Program-made: the position numbers and the translations under genes | Shown: positions 44,383-46,869 of the stretch, piece by piece | How positions within the stretch are numbered: the first letter of the stretch is position 1 | Layout of the letters: each line of letters opens with the position of its first letter | Notes under the pieces: generated by a model | Told to the model about the DNA's origin: nothing | Seen by the model: the letters and a program-made list of their open reading frames with translations, nothing else | Databases searched by the model: none | Virus record (IMG/VR): IMGVR_UViG_3300044699_000025 | Span: 1-46,869 of that record | Strand: one strand, 5' to 3' | Length of the DNA: 46,869 nucleotides | DNA from: a virus | Lineage: Duplodnaviria; Caudoviricetes

Positions 44383-44970
44383 CTACTCGTTTACGTTGAT
44401 TACTTCAAAGGTTCTTTCATCTCTGAAGGTGGGTGCGTATATTGTGAACTGTGGCCCTTTAACTCCATCATCAGATGGAACCGATTGAGGCTCAAGATTC
44501 TTGATGATGACGGACATATCTTTAGCGATGCCACTTAAATCTTTGGCATCCGTGTAATCTAGTTTGTCCTGACTGATGGCTCCAAGTGCAGCGGACAGAA
44601 CTAGACTAGCTTTCTTGATATGTCGTCTACGAGATTTATTGATGTGATCTATGATGGACTTCTTTGGCTCATTATAAGAGTCAGTGGAAGTCGCACCTTT
44701 GGCATACGCACTTACTGATGAAGGACTGATTCCAAACTGTGATGCTAGACTGAGGGCCTCTTGTCTACCATCAATTACTGCCGTCTCACCTATGATCTGA
44801 CGGAGTGAATCTGGTACGTTTACGTCACCTTCATTTCTTCCATGAGTAGGAGATGGAATGACCGTCACGCGAGTAGTGCGTGTAGAGACAGTAGAAGGGC
44901 GTGTGGGGACAGAAGATAGGGAGGATAATTCAGAATTGAAGTCAGAGTCAGATACGATTCCAATAGGCAT
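44383..44970 (-). CDS. Putative terminase small subunit / HTH protein
   Basis: ALSLASQFGISPSSVSAYAKG HTH followed by helices; first gene of the late operon. Confidence 0.55.
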   Translation of the reverse strand: MPIGIVSDSDFNSELSSLSSVPTRPSTVSTRTTRVTVIPSPTHGRNEGDVNVPDSLRQIIGETAVIDGRQEALSLASQFGISPSSVSAYAKGATSTDSYNEPKKSIIDHINKSRRRHIKKASLVLSAALGAISQDKLDYTDAKDLSGIAKDMSVIIKNLEPQSVPSDDGVKGPQFTIYAPTFRDERTFEVINVNE

Positions 44971-45045
44971 GACAGTCCATCCTCATCATGAATTACTTGA
45001 TTAGGCATGATGTAGAAATGGACAGATGCCAGGCTGCCGGTTCCG

Positions 45046-45074
45046 ATACTACTCCTAAATTGAGCCAAAGTCAA
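45046..45074 (-). promoter_or_regulatory. Putative sigma70 promoter of the late operon
   Basis: TTGACT-17 bp-TAGTAT on the minus strand. Confidence 0.6.
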
Positions 45075-45079
45075 GGACT

Positions 45080-45106
45080 CTAAGTCCTTCGATCCCAATC
45101 ACTTAG
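45080..45106. promoter_or_regulatory. Second copy of the 27-bp dyad motif
   Basis: CTAAGTCCTT-N6-CAA-N2-ACTTAG, same spacing as 2715-2741. Confidence 0.6.
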
Positions 45107-45163
45107 AGGGATCGATGAAACTGGGGGGAAAGACCGATCATTACATATCATCATTATGTGTAG

Positions 45164-45214
45164 AATATGGGACCCAATGTTACATATCGTGATTACATGT
45201 AAAATATGGGACCC
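45164..45214. repeat. 12-bp direct repeat AATATGGGACCC flanking a TTACATGTAA site
   Basis: Copies at 45164-45175 and 45203-45214; palindrome at 45193-45202. Confidence 0.8.
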
Positions 45215-45253
45215 TATTTTACTCTGACACACATTATTTCAGGCAAGCCCCCT

Positions 45254-46869
45254 CTGGGGCATAGAGTACTTTATGATACACATGGGTCTACCCCATAAAG
45301 TACTCTACGCTGTAAAGAACACTGCGAAAAAAAGTACTGTGCGCGGTAAAGAAGTTTACATTGTAAAGTACTCTACAATGTAAAGTCCTATGATATGCAA
45401 AGAGCTTTAGCAAAGTACTCTACATCACAAAGCGCGAGGGCAGAGAAAAGGCCCGGCATGGCGGCCGAGCCTGTAATGAGATTACTTGTCGCGGTGGTAT
45501 GCGTCGAAGAGAATCACGACGATGGCGAGTAGCACAGTCCAACAGTTCACTTCGCTGCCCTCATTGGTTGACGTAGCACGTTCATGCGCGCATCAATGAG
45601 AATCACAATCGCCTGTTCACGGCATACACCGGCTTTCGTGATTGTGAACATGGCACGACGGAACTTTTTGAACTCCGTCACAGTGAGAGTAGAGAGCATC
45701 ATCGCGTCTGCGTATCCGATAGTTCTTTCCATTGTCAGTACCTCAGTATGTTGTGAAAGGATGGCGAGGTATCGTGGTGACTACCTCGCCATTGTGTGAG
45801 AAACTACTCGGCCCACTCCAGGCCGAGCGTAGAAGCTGCCAACGCGCGTGCGGCATCTTCGGTGTACTTCTTGGAACTCATCAGCACCTTGAAGAACTCG
45901 CGGAGACGAAGTTGATCGTCGTTCTCCAACGTCGGGCGCACGATACCGGCAGCATCAAGCGCTGCCTGTAGTGCCTTCTGCCGAGCATTGGACTGATGCT
46001 CGTTGTTCCGGACCTTAATGACTTCCTCGTCAGAAAGATTGTCGTTCGCGGCATCCACTTCCGCCTTGCTGGTGTAGATGTCCCACTGATACGAGTAATC
46101 AATGGGAGTGGCAAGCGGTTTCCCGTATGCCGTGTTCGCGGTTGACGTTGCGGTCTTGCGTTCCATATCGTTTCTACTCCATGTAACCGGAACATGATTG
46201 TTCCGGGTCTTTTTGGCGGAGTCGCATTTCGCGCCTTCCGCCGAGCTTTGCTCTATCCTTTCGGGCCGTATCCGCCGCAGCGGCATCAGGCGTTAGTCAG
46301 AATCGAGCAAGACCATTAGACCATAGGCAAGACCGGACTACAACAAAAATCGACAGGTTCCCGAAACTTTTTTTCGGTCCTGCCTGTCCTGCCTGTCGTC
46401 CCTACCTGGTGAACCGTCCTGTTTTGAGTACATGTGCCCGACGGGTGAGTAGCCATTACATGTAACCACCATGATGGCCCCCATCATCCAGGAGTAGCTC
46501 TGTGCGCATTATTCAAAATGATTACATAAAACCTGACAAAACCAACCTACATGTAATTGCTGTGCGCCCATCATGTACTTGAATTATTATGTTGAATTAT
46601 TTGAGTCGAATTGATTGATAGGATTACATGTAATCTCATCATGTAATCTATACATGTAATGATTACATGTAATTTATACATGTATCTGTGCATGATGAAA
46701 TTATATATAATAGGGGGGAGAGGGGGAGGGATAGACAGAGAGAGTCTATGGGGTATTGGGTGTCCCCTATATAGGACGCCTCCCCGCTGCTTACATAATA
46801 TTATTACTTATCATCCTCCTCTTTTTTTTTTTTGACTTTTTTAGAGGTAAGGAAACCAAGTAACCGGGG
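45254..46869. repeat. Long direct repeat, right copy
   Basis: Near-identical to 1..1617. Confidence 0.97.

Noticed and set aside
1-46869. tRNA, rRNA, integrase, repressor or transposase
   Set aside because: No cloverleaf or T-loop consensus and no recombinase or transposase motifs were recognised by eye; tRNAscan and HMM searches would be needed to exclude them formally

Overview
The window looks like a complete ~45.25 kb tailed-phage (podovirus-like) genome bracketed by a ~1.6 kb direct repeat (1-1617 = 45254-46869). The repeat is either a true terminal repeat or an assembly overlap. The + strand (1.7-18.6 kb) carries early and replication genes: a LAGLIDADG protein, a SprT protease-SNF2 helicase fusion, a P-loop kinase, a Cas4/RecB-like nuclease, a Sak4-like ATPase, an SSB-like protein, a cold-shock-domain protein, a UDG-PolA fusion polymerase, DUF3310, a DUF3987-like helicase and many zinc-finger micro-proteins. 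The - strand (45.0-18.6 kb) carries the virion genes: putative TerS, an accessory island with an Acb2/Tad1-like protein, TerL, portal, scaffold, major capsid, adaptor, nozzle, tail fibres and ejection proteins. I recognised no integrase, primase, endolysin, tRNA or CRISPR array. The most unusual signals are the SprT-SNF2 fusion, non-canonical PolA motifs, dense TTACATGTAA palindromes, a 17-bp-period array at the repeat edge, several structured intergenic regions, a hyper-acidic 50-aa ORF, a GIGPS motif shared by four late proteins and an apparently split nozzle gene. All family calls come from motif recognition by eye, not from database searches.
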